From the NCBI GenBank assembly GCA_013239625.1, contig MU054212.1, positions 7,663,039 to 7,726,269 of the forward strand: a DNA stretch of 63,231 nucleotides. Direction: 5' to 3'. Below the pieces are notes generated by a model. The model had not been told where the DNA came from. It searched no databases and saw only the letters and a program-made list of their open reading frames with translations. The stretch is from Lama guanicoe. Lineage: Eukaryota. The number at the start of each line of letters is the position of its first letter. The first letter of the stretch is position 1. This document shows, piece after piece, positions 50,075 to 63,134 of this stretch. The position numbers were made by a program, and so were the translations under genes.

Positions 50075-50168
50075 TTTGTTTTTTTAATGGAGGTACTGGG
50101 GATTGAACTGAACCCAGGATCTCACGGATGCTAAGCATGCGCTCTACCACTGAGCTATACCCTCCCCC
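50075..50168 (-). mobile_element. tRNA-derived SINE (camelid Vic-type), short form
   Basis: ttttaatggaggtactggggattgaac(tgaac)ccagg...gctaagcatgcgctctaccactgagctataccctcccc. Degenerate TSD tg(g/a)taat(a/g)ttagg. Confidence 0.92.
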
Positions 50169-52989
50169 TGATAATGTTAGGTTTTTAAATCAAAAAGACT
50201 GTGTGGTGAGTTTCCTTGGCGGGCAACGTCTGAAACCCACAGCTGGCCTTGTCTGTTTCCTACAGCAATACAATGGGATTCCACTGGAAATCAAACTATA
50301 TAGCAAGACCAGTTAATCTGGCTACACTAAAGTCCCATCAAACCACTGAGTAGAGTCAGAACTCTTCAAACAGTGCCAAAGATAGCTTTGCGGCAGGCCA
50401 CTGAATCACACAAAAGCACAATAAAAATAAAGGATGACTAACACTTTTGGGTCTCTGTCACGTACTCTGCCAAAGAATGAAAAAATAGAAATGTTCCTCA
50501 ACATGTCACATTAGGAATAGTTCAGAAATAGTTCCCACACTGGATGTGTAAATATTACTTCAGAAGCTGGGGACCACTTCTCCCACAAAGAGGTACCTGA
50601 AAATCTTACTGTTTCCAAGTCTCTAAGATTCAGTCATCTAATATGCTGTGTCTCTTGAGAACAAACCCAAGCATTAAGCTTGAGGAATTTAAATTATTAG
50701 AACAAAAAGCATTTTTCAATGGATTTGCTAGTGCCGAATTGGATTTTTAAAAATAAATGGAAAACGTTGATGTTTGTCTGTTGCACTTGCTTCTTTCTTT
50801 TTGAAGAATGTCTGTAGCAAAAACAAATAACAACAAAACAGAATATGAATGTCCTTTGCAGGTGGACCCCTAGAATTACTCAAAATCGCTCTGAAGTTGC
50901 CTTGTGTTAGCATTCTTCAAGCCAGAGTACTCAAGAGTAATGAGTCTCTTTATATCTATTACCTAATCAATAAGAAATAAAACTTCCAGCACTAACAAAT
51001 TGCCATTTCAGCAGAAAGAGATTTATTTTGCCTGGATTGTATTTCCTCATTAGTAAAGTAAATGCAAGAAAATCTGATTGATCTGGATTTTTTTTCCCCA
51101 CTGAACAAAAAGTAATTTGGTGAACCTAAAGTTTTATTTTTCATTGTACTTTGTTTTTTAATTAAAACTGGCCAGTGGAACCTCTCTAGCTCCAAATCAC
51201 TGTATGTATTAAATTTCAAGGAATCCTAAAGCAACTAGAATTTCATTTTTAGCAAACTGCAAGGCATTAAAATCAATAAATGGGCTGATGATGCAATTAA
51301 TATGCTAGAGGCCTTTAATGGAAAAAAGGAAGATTTAGTATTGAGAACCATTGCTTCTCTCAGCTAACGAAATTTCTAAGCCTGTGTTTTACTAAGTAAA
51401 CTATGTAATCAGGACGATTGAACAGTAGCTGTGTTTTCATTATAGTTAACGTTAATTAGTCAGTTTATTTTGGGGGTGATTATCATTAACTTAGAGACTT
51501 GGATGCTGTTCTCTGTCCAGCTTCTGCATATAATTCATAACCAAGAATACACTCCCAGGAAGGCTTTTAATTCACCATGTTGCTCAGTAGCTAACACAAG
51601 ACAAGTTTATTCCGGGTCCTGCCAGAGATCAGATACTCCTGTAGTCACCCTCATCAACTCCTATATTGTTCTTCCATAAAGATGGCAAGAATAGAGGCAC
51701 TTAAAAATATTTTGACATTTATTTTGTGCTCTAAAAATATTCATTTGCTTTAATGATTACAAACCAAGCATAACAGACTTATAGCAAAGTGAGACACTGC
51801 AAAGCTGGCGGGGGATGTGAAAACAACACCTGAGAAGGAGATCTATTTTCCCCGCTCAGGAAGTTTGGCCTGAGGGCAGGCTCCGGTCTAGCACACTTCC
51901 AGAAGCTCACGGAGGTGCTCCCAGGGAATGCAGGCCTGTGGACACCATCTGTGTGTTCCGCTCAATGCGTGGCACCTGCCTGGCTCACCAGCGCCTCCCA
52001 GAAAGGAGCTTATATCCTTGTCTAGCACCCCGATTTCTGCAGCTGCTGTCAGGGGACACCTCTATGTCACTTGCTCTGAAGGCCAGTGGGGCTTCTGCTC
52101 GACGGTCCCACAAGACTGTAACCAATGAAGAAAGAGTTCTGAAATACCTACCACCCCCAAGGCACAGCAATGGGCAACAGACCCAGGCACTCAGTCTCCC
52201 CATGAAAGAGGCCAGTTGGCTTATCACCATATCATAGCCTGAGGGGTAGGCTTCCAATGAAACACACATCTAAGTGTTGACTATAAGCCTTTCCAGAGAC
52301 CTTGGAAGGGGGGCGCTCTCTCTTCTTCTGCACCCAGAAAGCCAGTATCTTTTGGAAGGGAGCTCCCACGTGTGTCTGGTGCCCCATTTTTTCTGTCTAG
52401 CACCACGGTTTTTGTGACTGCTGCACAGAGGATGCTCCTCGATCTCCTGGTTCTAGAGGCCATGGGCTTGGGTCCACAGGACTGTAACAATCAGAGAGTC
52501 AGTCTTGCCAGGATACCACCCCCAGGACACTGCAGACAGCAGACTGAAACGCACCACCCGCCTTTCTGTGAAAGAGACCTATTTGTCCTGAAGCTTCAGC
52601 CTGAGATGCAGGCTTCAGGTTTGCTAGTCATCTACAGGCTACAGAGATGCTCTCAGGGAATGTAGGTCAGGGGATGCCATCTTTGCACCCTCCCTCTGCG
52701 TCTCTCCTGCTTGCCACCACCTTTCAAAAAGGCTGATGCATTCATATGGAGACTTGATTTCTGCCGCTGCCCCGTAGGGTATACCTCCAGATCAGCAAGG
52801 CTGGAGGCCAGGAGGATTTCCAATTGGTGTCCCACAAACTGTGTATATTTGCATAACTTAAAAGCTGCTGCCTGAGGGTCTGGCTTCCAACCAGCCTGAA
52901 ACTGGGTGCTGACTGAGGTTCTTCCCCTTGAAACACTAACAGGTCTTGGCATACCTTCAACAAGTGGAGCTATTAAAGGCAAATCAGAC

Positions 52990-53759
52990 AATAAATGACG
53001 GAGAGGGTGCGGAGAAAGGGAGCCCTTCTACACTGCTGGTGGGAATGCAGTTTGGTGTGGTCATTACCGAAAACAGTATGGAGAGTCTCTAAAAAGCTAA
53101 AATTAGGCTTACCCTATAATCCAGCAATCCCACTCTTGGGCATATATCTGGATGAAACTCTAATTCAAAAAAATGCACCCTAATGTTCACAGCAGCACTA
53201 TTTACAATAGCCAAGACATGGAAGGATAAAGAAGTTGTGGTGTATATATATATACACTATATATATATATATAAAATACTACTCAGCCATAAAAAATAAT
53301 AAAATAATACCACTTGCAGTAACATGGATGGACCTACAGATTGTCATACGAAGTGAAGTTAGCCAGAAAGAGAAAGAAAAATACCACATGATATCACTTA
53401 CTTGTGGACTCTAAAAAAGAGAGAGAGAGACAAATGAACTTATTTACAAAATAGAGGCAGATTCACAGACATAGAAAACAAACTTACGGTTACCAGGCAG
53501 GAAAGGGGGTGGGGAGGAATAAATTGGGGTTTAGGATTTGTAGATACTAACTACTATATATAAAATAGATAAACAACAAGCTCCTACAGTATAGCACAGG
53601 GAACTATATTCAATACCTTATAATGGCCTATAGTAAAAAATATGAAAAGGAATTATATATATATTTTATATATATATATATACACACACACACATAAATG
53701 AATCACTGTGCCACACACCAGAAATTTACACATTATAAATTGACTATACTTTAATAAAT
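52990..53759 (+). mobile_element. Younger LINE-1 3' end nested in the L1MA 5' UTR
   Basis: [11 protein letters not shown] peptide plus the same 3' UTR as the other young L1s. Flanks aaatcag(a/g)c at 52981-52989 and 53760-53768. Confidence 0.92.
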
Positions 53760-54538
53760 AAATCAGGCTGTTTGGACAATCATCAAGTTCAAGAGACAGC
53801 CAAGAGCTAGGGCAAGGTTGAATGATAAGGTTCAACTCCTACATGAGGTCACTTCTTCAAGACTGAGAAGGGTAACTGTTTTGCCTAATACCTGGCAACA
53901 AATACAGAGAATCAAGCAAAATTATGGACAGAGGAATACGTCCCAAACAAAAGAAGAAGATAAAACTCAGAAAAACAAAAAAGGAGACAAATAATTACCT
54001 GATTAAAAAAACGTTCCTGAACATTCTCCAGGATAGATCATATATCAAAACAAGTCTTAATATATTTTTAAAAACTGAAATCATATCAAGCACCTTCTCC
54101 AACCACAATGGTATGACACCAGAAGAAAACTGGAAAAAATCACAAATATGTGGAAATTAAACAACAGGTACTGAACAACCAATGGGTCAATAAAGAAATA
54201 AAAACTACCTGAGACAAATGGAAACACGACATACCAACATCTATGGGATGCATCAAAAACAGCTCTAAGAAGGAAGTTCATAGTGACATAAGCTTACCTC
54301 AAGAAACAAGAAAAATCTCAAATAACCAATCTAACCTTACTCCTCAAGGAACTAGGCAAATAAGAACAAACAAAACTGAAAGTTAGTAGAAGGAAGGAAA
54401 AACAAAATCAGTGTGGAAATAAGTGAAATGGAGACTAAAAAGACAATAGAAAAGATTAATGAAACTTAGAGCTGGTTCTCTGAAAAGATAAACCAAACTG
54501 ATAATCCTTTATCTAGACTCACCAAAAACAACAACAAC

Positions 54539-54539
54539 A

Positions 54540-54611
<72 letters not shown>

Positions 54612-54613
54612 AA
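54539..54613. repeat. (AAAG)n tetranucleotide microsatellite, ~18 units
   Basis: Perfect aaag array preceded by (AAC)n. Confidence 0.97.
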
Positions 54614-55656
54614 CAGAGAAAGAGAGAGTCAAATAAAATCAAAAATGAAAGAGGAGACATTACAATTGATACCACAGAAATATAAAGGATCATATGAGGC
54701 ACTGTGGATAATTACATGCCAACCAATTGGATAACCTATAAGAAACGGATACAATCTTCCAAGACTGAACCATGAAGAAATAGAAATTATGAATAAACCA
54801 ATTACTAGTAAGGATATTGAATCAGTATTCAAAAACCTCCCCAAAAACCAGAAGTCCAGGACCAGATGACCTCCCTGGTGAAGCCAAACATTTAAAAGAA
54901 TTAATAACCATCTTTCTCAAACTCTTGCAAAACACTGAAGAGGAGGGAATGCTTCCAAATTCATTTTACAAGGCCAGGATTACCCTGATAACCAAACTGG
55001 ACAAGGACATCACACAAAAAAAGAAAATTACATGCCAATATGGATGATAACATAGATGCAAAATCCTCAACAAAACATTAGCAAACCCAATTCAACAATA
55101 CATTAAAAAATTATACACCATGACTCAGTGGAATTTACTCCAGGGGCACATTGATGGTTCAACATGAGCAAATCAATCAATGTGATCCAGAACATTAACA
55201 AAATGAAGGACAATTATATGATCATCTCAACAGATGCAGACAAAAGCATTTGACAAAATTCCACATCCATTTAAGTTAAAAACACTCAACAAAGTGAATG
55301 AAGCTAGACTATACTATACACAAAAACCAACTCAAAATGGATTAAAGACTTGAATGTAAGGTGAAACCATGAAACTCCTAGAAGAAAACACAGGTGGTCA
55401 GATTTTTTACATCAGTCTTGGCAATGAATTTTTGGATTTGACTGCAAAGATAAGCAAACTAAAATAAAAAATAAACAAATGGGGCTACACCAAACTAAAA
55501 GGAAACATCAACAAAATGAAAGGACAGGGAGAAATAAATGGAGAAAATATTTGCAAATCATATATAAATACGGGGTAAATATCCAAAATACATAAAGAAC
55601 TCATGCAACACAATAGCAAAAAAAAAAAAAAAAGGATTAAAAAATGGGCAGAGGAG

Positions 55657-55825
55657 TAGGGAAGGTATGGCTCAGTAGTAGAGTGTACGCTTAATATGCA
55701 CAAAGTCCTGGGTTCAATCCCCAGTACCTCCATTTAAATAAATAAATAAAATCAACAAAAACTTAATTACCTCCACCCACAAAAAGACTAATTAAATGAA
55801 TACATAAATAAAATTTAAAAAAAAG
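55657..55825 (+). mobile_element. tRNA-derived SINE (camelid Vic-type), long form, nested in L1
   Basis: gggaaggtatggctcagtagtagag...gtcctgggttcaatccccagtacctcca + AT tail + aacttaattacctcc. The L1 text (aaatgggcagagga / aagtatgcagggga) resumes after it. Confidence 0.92.
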
Positions 55826-56049
55826 TTAAAGTATGCAGGGGACCTGAACAAACATTTTTCCAAAAAAGACATACAGGTGGCCAACAGGAACATGAAAAGA
55901 TGCTCAACATCACTAATCAAGGAGATGCAAATCAAAACCACAATGAGATACCACCTCATATCAGTTATAATGACTATTATTTTAAAAAATGTTGTTGAGG
56001 ATGTGGAGAAAAGGAACTCTTGTGCACCGTTGGTGAATGGATACAGAAG

Positions 56050-56132
56050 AGTATGACTGAAATATTATACTCTATACCAAAAATTGACACAACACTGTGA
56101 ACTGACTATACTTCAATAAAAATTTTTTAAAT
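56050..56132 (+). mobile_element. Short LINE-1 tail nested in L1MA
   Basis: gtatgactgaa...attgacacaacactgtgaactgactatacttcaataaaa. Confidence 0.8.
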
Positions 56133-56135
56133 AAG

Positions 56136-56216
56136 ATATATATGTGTATATATGTGTGTCTGTGTGTATATATGTATATGTGTATGTATATGTGTGTGTG
56201 TGTATGTATATATATA
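56136..56216. repeat. (TA/TG)n simple repeat
   Basis: Read directly. Confidence 0.9.
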
Positions 56217-56635
56217 ATGGAATACTACTCAGCCATAAAAAAGAAAGGAGCCTTGCCATTTGCAACAACATGGATGCAATTGGAAGGCATTATACCAACT
56301 AAACTATGTCAAAGAAGAACAAATATTGTGTGATTTCATTGATATGTGGAATCTAAAACAGCAAAACAAACAAATCAAAACTAGAAAAAACAAAAACCAA
56401 GTTCATGGATAGGAAAAAAAAAAACTAATGGTTGCCAGGGATCGGGGAGGTTGGCACAATGGGAGAAAGGGGTCAAAAGGTATAAATTTCTGGTGATAAA
56501 AAATAAATAAGCAACAGGAATTTAATGTACAGCATGGTGACTATAATTTATAATACTGTATTGAATATTTGAAGGTGGCTAAGAGATTAAATCTTAATAG
56601 TTCTCTTCAGAAAACAAATTAAAATTAAAAAATAA

Positions 56636-56720
56636 GAGCATTATTCTGAGAAGACACTCCTAGGCTATACGGGACTTTGCAAAAGGGTTCATGGTGGAAA
56701 ACAGTTAAGACCTGCCTTGG
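56636..56720. mobile_element. hAT-Charlie terminal fragment
   Basis: attctgagaag...caaaagggttcatggtggaaaacagttaagac resembles Charlie/MER termini. Confidence 0.45.
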
Positions 56721-56959
56721 CATAGAGAGAACCAATATCTAGACTCTGCTAAGAACTCTATGGTGGTGGAGACCAAAATAAAGAAGCCATATATGAGTAA
56801 CTGGGAAACAGCCCTTAAAGACAGGAACAGATATACCAAGTGATTGTAAAACTCTCGAGACAGATCTGAAAGGCAAGATCAGGAGGACAGAGCCTAAAAT
56901 ATTGTCAGCATTCTTGGGTGGGTTTTAGGTGGTACTCCTTATAAACAGCAACTCCATTT

Positions 56960-57172
56960 TTCCAGGGGTGAAGCCAAAAAATTAGAATATTTGTGACTGT
57001 CCCTTCTTTCCACATCACGCAATCTATTATCAGATCCTGGCTGTCCTATCTTCAAAATACGTCTAGATCCTGGTCATCTCACCCATCTCATCTCCACCGT
57101 TGCTACCTGGATCTACGCCACCATCATTTCTCACTCAGATAATTAAATAAACACTTAACTGCTCTTGCTATT
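56960..57172 (+). mobile_element. L2 fragment
   Basis: tcctatcttcaaaatac...ccaccatcatttctcactcagat. Confidence 0.6.
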
Positions 57173-59864
57173 TCAGGCAACACCTGAAGCATTCATACAC
57201 TTTCAGAAGCACATGGCAGAGGCACAGGACTAAAAATACCCCTTGCAAAAGTCTGCAGAAGTCCTCTTGTAACACATCCTTTGGGTTCAAAGGAGAAATG
57301 GCAGGTTATGGGTTCTGAATATGATGCATAAAAATATATATACCTTGAAATAAACCTCTGCCTGGGGCTGCCAGCATTGCAAAAGTTTTCAATTGCATTA
57401 AGTCACCATGTCTCAAATGCCATTCATGATGAGAGAAGACAATATGAAAAGGTAAATTTTCGTTCCCCAAATACGATGAATCTCTCATGCAGGTGCTGCT
57501 GCTGTTGTATTATTTTTTTTTTTTTTCGCTAGACATCTTCTCCAGACAACTGGCTTAAGACTGACTGGGATTCTGGAGAAACAGAAATCAAGTTTCCCCA
57601 GTCTACCTTTCTTTCCTTCAGTTACCACTTCTCTCTGCTTTGTCAACGTTAAGTAATGGTCTCTGGCAACATACATGTGCCCAGGACTACTTCATTAGGC
57701 ATTGGCAACGTATGTTTCAGTTTGAAATGTCATGAGTGAGAGTCACTGGTGTGATAATTATGTGAGAGCTGGGAAGTCTTTACCAGAGAGGCACATCAGA
57801 GCCCAGAAGGAACTGTACCCATTCCAGTGAGCTTCAGCCCCAGGTGCAGCAACCGAAGCGCTCTGGACCTAATTTGGGATGGGAATAGAAGAGGGACTGA
57901 GGTTTCAGTCTTGAATACAGAGTGGCCTTGGAATCTTTAAAAATCACACACTTTTTAGGCATATTTCTGAATCTTCTGATACAAAGTATTCACCCAACAG
58001 CCTTCCAGGGGCACTCCATAAAGATGTGATGTGCCGGAGGAAGCCTCGGGAAGGTGGGGGCAGGACTTCCCAGTGGGATGCTGATCACCTTTCCAAAGGA
58101 GGACAGACATGCCTCTGGGTAACCAAGGGCTTAATGATGAAGTCCAATGGGGTAAGAAATGAAAAAGCTAAGCAGTGTTAGTACTGAACTGTTGTGGTTT
58201 CATAACGAAGGATTACTTCTAAATACTGCTCATCTCTTGTCTTATTCCCCAGCCCTTCCCACAGAATTGTAATAAATCCTCTGACAGTGAGTTTGAGAAA
58301 AGGACTCGGTATTTAGTCCATTTCCTTTCTTCCCCTTCCACGTGGCAGCACAGAATGGAGTCTTCCTATAAACCATAAATTTTCCCAGAGCAGTATTGTC
58401 AGTGACGAGGTGGGTAAGGAAAGCTGGAAGGCATGTTTTTGCTTTATCAGTAATTAAAGGGCTATTTGATTCCCACTTGCTAGACTCATTTTTCATCTGG
58501 TTCAAAACTCAGGTAGAAAAAGGTAGCTGTTCTGTACTGGACCCTCTCAAACACTGTACATTAGCGTTTGATAAATAGTTCCTTGCAAGAAAGAAAGTAA
58601 TACATATCCAAGAAATGTTGGCACGAATAAAGAGCTATGATGGCTGAGAGTGAAAGAGATTCTCCTGGTCGCTTAGTGGACAGAAAATGTTATTGAAGGA
58701 GTAAAACACGAGGTAGTCCTTGAAGAGAGGAAGAATTTACACAAGAGGAACTGGGGGAAAAAAAAACAAACAAAAAAAACATACAAGCAGTAGGAACCAA
58801 TCACTTGAACAGAAGCTTGAAGACATGAGCTGATGGGGCATACCTAAATACGGAGCAGAAACCAGTTAAGTTTGATTAACACACAGCAGGCTCTTGAAAA
58901 CCAGCTCAGCCTAAGGACACTGAACTTTGAAATCAGGAACCACTAAGGACACATCCACTGTCCCAAATGCAGGCAGAATTTATCTCTGGGTATCTGTGAA
59001 ATGTTAAAAGAAATCCTTATGAGAATGTATTTCCTGGACATGCATAGTGAAGCCGGAATAATATAAATAAAAATAACATGGCTCATGTCTAAAGATACTG
59101 AAATTCATAAAACTCTATTATTTTAACATAGTATGACCAATTTCCCACAACTGAATATTACACAGTCATTAAGATGATGCTTTTGAAAAGTACTTCATGA
59201 CAGAAGAAAATGCTGAAGACATGTTAAATATTACAAGGAGGATTAAAATATTAATTAGAGTAGAATCTCAATTTTTGAAAGAAAAAGAGAAAAAAGAAAG
59301 TACACGTATATGTGTATATAAGTGCAAAAAACTGAATATGGAAAAATACATGATGCATTATTTCTGGGGTTAAACTTACAATAGATTTCTTCTGTTGTTT
59401 TCAAATTCCCCACAAATTCATAACGCTGTAACAGCTTGTGTAACACTCTTCAAGGCACAAAGTACTACTAGTTTAAGAACCATTTATATATCTGATTTTG
59501 GAGGCCAAATTGATGCCATTCTTACTACTATATATTTCTAGCAACTCCTGTAGGCATTTACTAGTGATAATAGAAAAATTATGGCTTATATGTATTTATA
59601 TAGTGCTTTATAATTGATACACATTTTCAGATGGCACACAATGACTCCTAGGTCACTGAATGTGTTTGGTTCCATGCCAGTAACCAGCCATGTGCTTGAA
59701 GAAATTGTATTCCAGAGAAAAATTCATGTCTCATACAAAGACTTCCTTTATATAGCTGTGAAACTTGGGCTTCCCCAGATGTCATGGCTCAATGGACTTT
59801 ATCAGTGTTAAGAATCCTGTTAAAATCAAATTATTGCTAAGTCCTTGAAAGTAACATTAAGGAA

Positions 59865-60085
59865 TATGGTGTAAAGAGCAAGGCTTTGTGGATAGAAATA
59901 TCGAGATTGAATATGAACCTAGATATTTCTAACTTTTGATAGCTGTATGACTTTGGGCAACTTCTCTGAGCTTTAGTTTTCTCATCCATAAAAATATGGA
60001 GAATAATTCCTATTTTATAGGATTTGTGTGTAGATTGAATTAAGTGTTATAAGCAAAATATTTAGCACAACTTAGGAGCTCAAAC
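59865..60085 (+). mobile_element. MIR SINE
   Basis: atggtgtaaagagcaaggctttg...agctgtatgactttgggcaacttctctgagctttagttttctcatccataaaa. Confidence 0.8.
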
Positions 60086-60699
60086 AAACCATTTCTATTC
60101 CCTTATTCTGCTGAGAGTAGAGGCTGATTTAGAAAACCTGTAACTGACAGCTCAGTGGCTAAACGAAACATCCCAAATCTGTAAACTGGACCATTAAAAC
60201 AAGGCAATGATACAAACACAATCTTTTTTATTGAAGGAGCCAAATTGGTTATAACCTTTAGAATTCCCACATGCATATTTTTAACCAATATTGATATGCA
60301 ATCATACAAAATGTATTGTGTCGTTTTAGGGTACTAATTAGTCTTTCTATCTCTAATTAAGGGAAAAGATTTTATTTATGCCCAGACACCCTAGTGCTTC
60401 CGGGTGATTAAATGATGACAAACATTGAACTGAAAAATGTAAAATTCATATATTCAGATGGTTGCCTATATCCTTAGTAGTCCTGAGTGTTAATTAAACA
60501 CCTGGAGGCTTGATAGGATTTCTGTTCCCTTTTTTCCTATTTGGTCTGAAATTTTGGTCCTTATACCAATAAACTTGAGTTTAACTATGATCCGTTTTGA
60601 TTAACAGTGTTCTAACACGCCGTTTTCTGGCTTGAAAGAAAATTCAACACCATTGATTTTTGAAAACTAGTTATTATTATGGATAGAAGATTGATAGAT

Positions 60700-60870
60700 G
60701 AAGTTTTTACCTTGAGCACTTTGACTATATCACCCGACTTCCTTCTGACCTCTCTTGTTTCTGATGAGAAAACAGCCACTGAACTTGAGAGATTCTTTAT
60801 ACAACATGACTTGTTTTTCTCTTACTACTTTCAAGCTTTTCGCTGCATCCTGGGCTTTTAACACTTTGAC
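60700..60870 (-). mobile_element. Old LINE-1 fragment (antisense)
   Basis: agcactttgactatatcacccgacttccttctgacctc...tttctgatgagaaa...ttcaagctttt. Confidence 0.6.
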
Positions 60871-61434
60871 TTCACTCTCCCATGGGAGAGCAGCCAGAGA
60901 AGAGCGCTCCCATGAGGTGGGGACAGAGTCACAAGAGCAGGTTGTGGCTCAGATACCAGACTCTCACTATTCTCACAGTGATGCAGGAGGTTTCTGTGGG
61001 TGACTGTTTCTTCCTCTGCTAGATGTCCTTGGGAGAACCTCCAGAGATGTCAAATGATTGGTTTCTTTAATACCTGTACTGAGTGAAATGATTGTTTTAG
61101 GGGGAGGTGGGGTCTGCCAAGCTCATCATTCTGCCCTTCTGGAAACCCTGCCTTCCATGCTATGGCCTCTTCCTTGTGAAGGAAGAACAGACTGCAAGCT
61201 GTAGCGTATCATGTGACGTATCACGTCATCAATTTTGCATTGGCTTTTTTCATGCCGTTGACGTGTGATTTCATTAGGTTTTGCTTTATTTTGGTTCATG
61301 TTACTAGCTCCCATTCCTGAATTTTTCTTCTCTATGAGTTATATCTAGAACCTATCACTGGCAAGACTTCTCGCTTTCTTCCACCAAGACTGTGATTGCT
61401 ATGCCTCCCTCGCTGGCTTCCGCCTACCTAAGAG

Positions 61435-61655
61435 AGCTGTGAGTCCTGCTCAGTTACACTTCCGGTCTGCAAAACTCAGCTTCACTGTACAGAAACAGTG
61501 TGGTCTTTGCAAATCTATTAGCCTCTCTAAAAATAAATTTCTTCACCTGCAAAGTGGAGTTGATATTATTGATAACTACAAGGATTACTGTGAGGATGAA
61601 ATGAGGTGAAGTGTTTAGATCACGTCTTGCACACAGAAAGTGTCAGTTAAGTATA
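61435..61655 (+). mobile_element. MIR SINE
   Basis: tgtggtctttgcaaatctattagcctctct...tttcttcacctgcaaagtggag...ctgtgaggatgaaatgag. Confidence 0.7.
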
Positions 61656-63134
61656 AGCCCTTAGTCAATCAGATTTGGATACTGAGATGGACAAGAACAT
61701 GATACATTATCATGGGGGGGATATTTCCTATAAAAATAAATGATTTAATCATAGAAGCACATGTGCTTAAAACATACCCATCTCTACACACAATTATATA
61801 TGATGAGAAAAAGGTAAAACTAAAAATCAATGACTGAAATAGTCATGACGGTAGAGTGAACAGGTTTTAGACTTCTTACACAAAATGTGGCTGTTTGTTC
61901 ATCTTCTTTCACCTTCAAATATCTTGAGTTTATAAACAAGTCTGTCCTCCATCGGTTACCAGCCTATTCTCAACTGGTTAATGAAACAATCTTATCTGTT
62001 CTCAGCATATATCAGAAGAAGAAATTACTTCTTGATTTCTTCAAGAAAGGTTTTATCTAGCCTTCTTAGGTCTGAGACCCTACCATGCCCTCTGTCTTGC
62101 CATCTTCCTGATGTGAGCACACAATTTATATGTTGAATCAACTGGGCACATGAAGTACTTGTATAAATGCCTAAAGAATGTACTTATACAATCTGGGTAA
62201 TCATTTCAAATAAATGTTGGGTTCACATTTCTCTTTATACACTTGAAGTTCTAACGCTTACAGTACAATCACCAGCATACATCTCTCGGCTGGGAATCCA
62301 TTAGGGTTGCTGTAAAACCTTGGTGCCTCTCTCTCACAATAGAAAGGAATAACATAGAACATTTACCAACTTCTTACAAAAAGAATCTCTGTCTAGAAAT
62401 TATGCTTCCTTGTTCTTTTCACGTTTTTATGAAAGAATGGAGAAGAATATGACTGAGGGTCTAAGATGTCTCAATGAATTTCATCGTTTAAATTTTATCC
62501 CAAATTTTGAACCAACCATGTAAGAAGAAAAGCCAGGTGAGAAAATAAAACGTGTTTCTTTTAGTTTTGATAGAACTGATGTGGAGAATGTGACCTATGT
62601 CTGTGGACAAGACTGATACAAGACACATTTGAGTTCCTCAAATACTAAATCTGACTGTTGGGCTAAAGTTGGTGTGGCCCTGGAAAACTGAAGGCTTCCT
62701 CGTAGAGGGACCTACTCAGTAAACCTCAGGGAGGGGTGGACCAGGAATAAGGCCTGACCTAGAAAATGCAATGGGGCCTGATCCTCTCCCACCTTCTAAC
62801 ACTAACCCAGATTCCTGCAAGTGAGACATCTATGTCCAGATCAATTGAATTCACCCTGGAGACCAACACAGTGACTGATTCCTGACCTAGGCTTCCATGC
62901 CATGGCCACCTACATCCCTCACAATCAAAGGCCTTTTTCCTTAACTTATTCACCTCCTTTCTTTTTGCTAGAACTCTGTTTCTTTCTTGAAGATCTTAGC
63001 TTTTTTCAAAATGAAACTTATATACCATATTTAAACATATAAAGATAGTAAACATTTTGATAGACACTTTTATATGCATTTTCTATATAGGAATACAGTT
63101 AATCCACAAGAAAAAAAAAGCATAGGCAATGGGT

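Larger units (their letters stand above)
51790..56635 (+). mobile_element. Old, internally deleted near-full-length LINE-1 (L1MA9-like)
   Basis: 5' UTR-like region (~51790-53900), ORF1 start remnant (~53910-54008), ORF2 remnants (TFSRID ~54020; RSPGPDDL ~54850-54875) and a 3' end aatgtacagcatggtgactata...gctaagaga. The 5' boundary is uncertain. Confidence 0.85.

Noticed and set aside
54466..54702. Phe/Leu/Ser-rich membrane-like ORF
   Set aside because: Translation of the (AAAG)n microsatellite.
55285..55310. Spliced-L1 junction
   Set aside because: The GT of the would-be donor (aaa/gtg) is retained at the junction, so it is not a clean GT-AG removal. Kept only as a deletion.
55657..55735. 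tRNA gene (A and B boxes); likewise 8435, 17890 and 50075
   Set aside because: Each has an A/AT-rich tail and TSD-like flanks and no intact acceptor stem. These are SINEs, not tRNAs.
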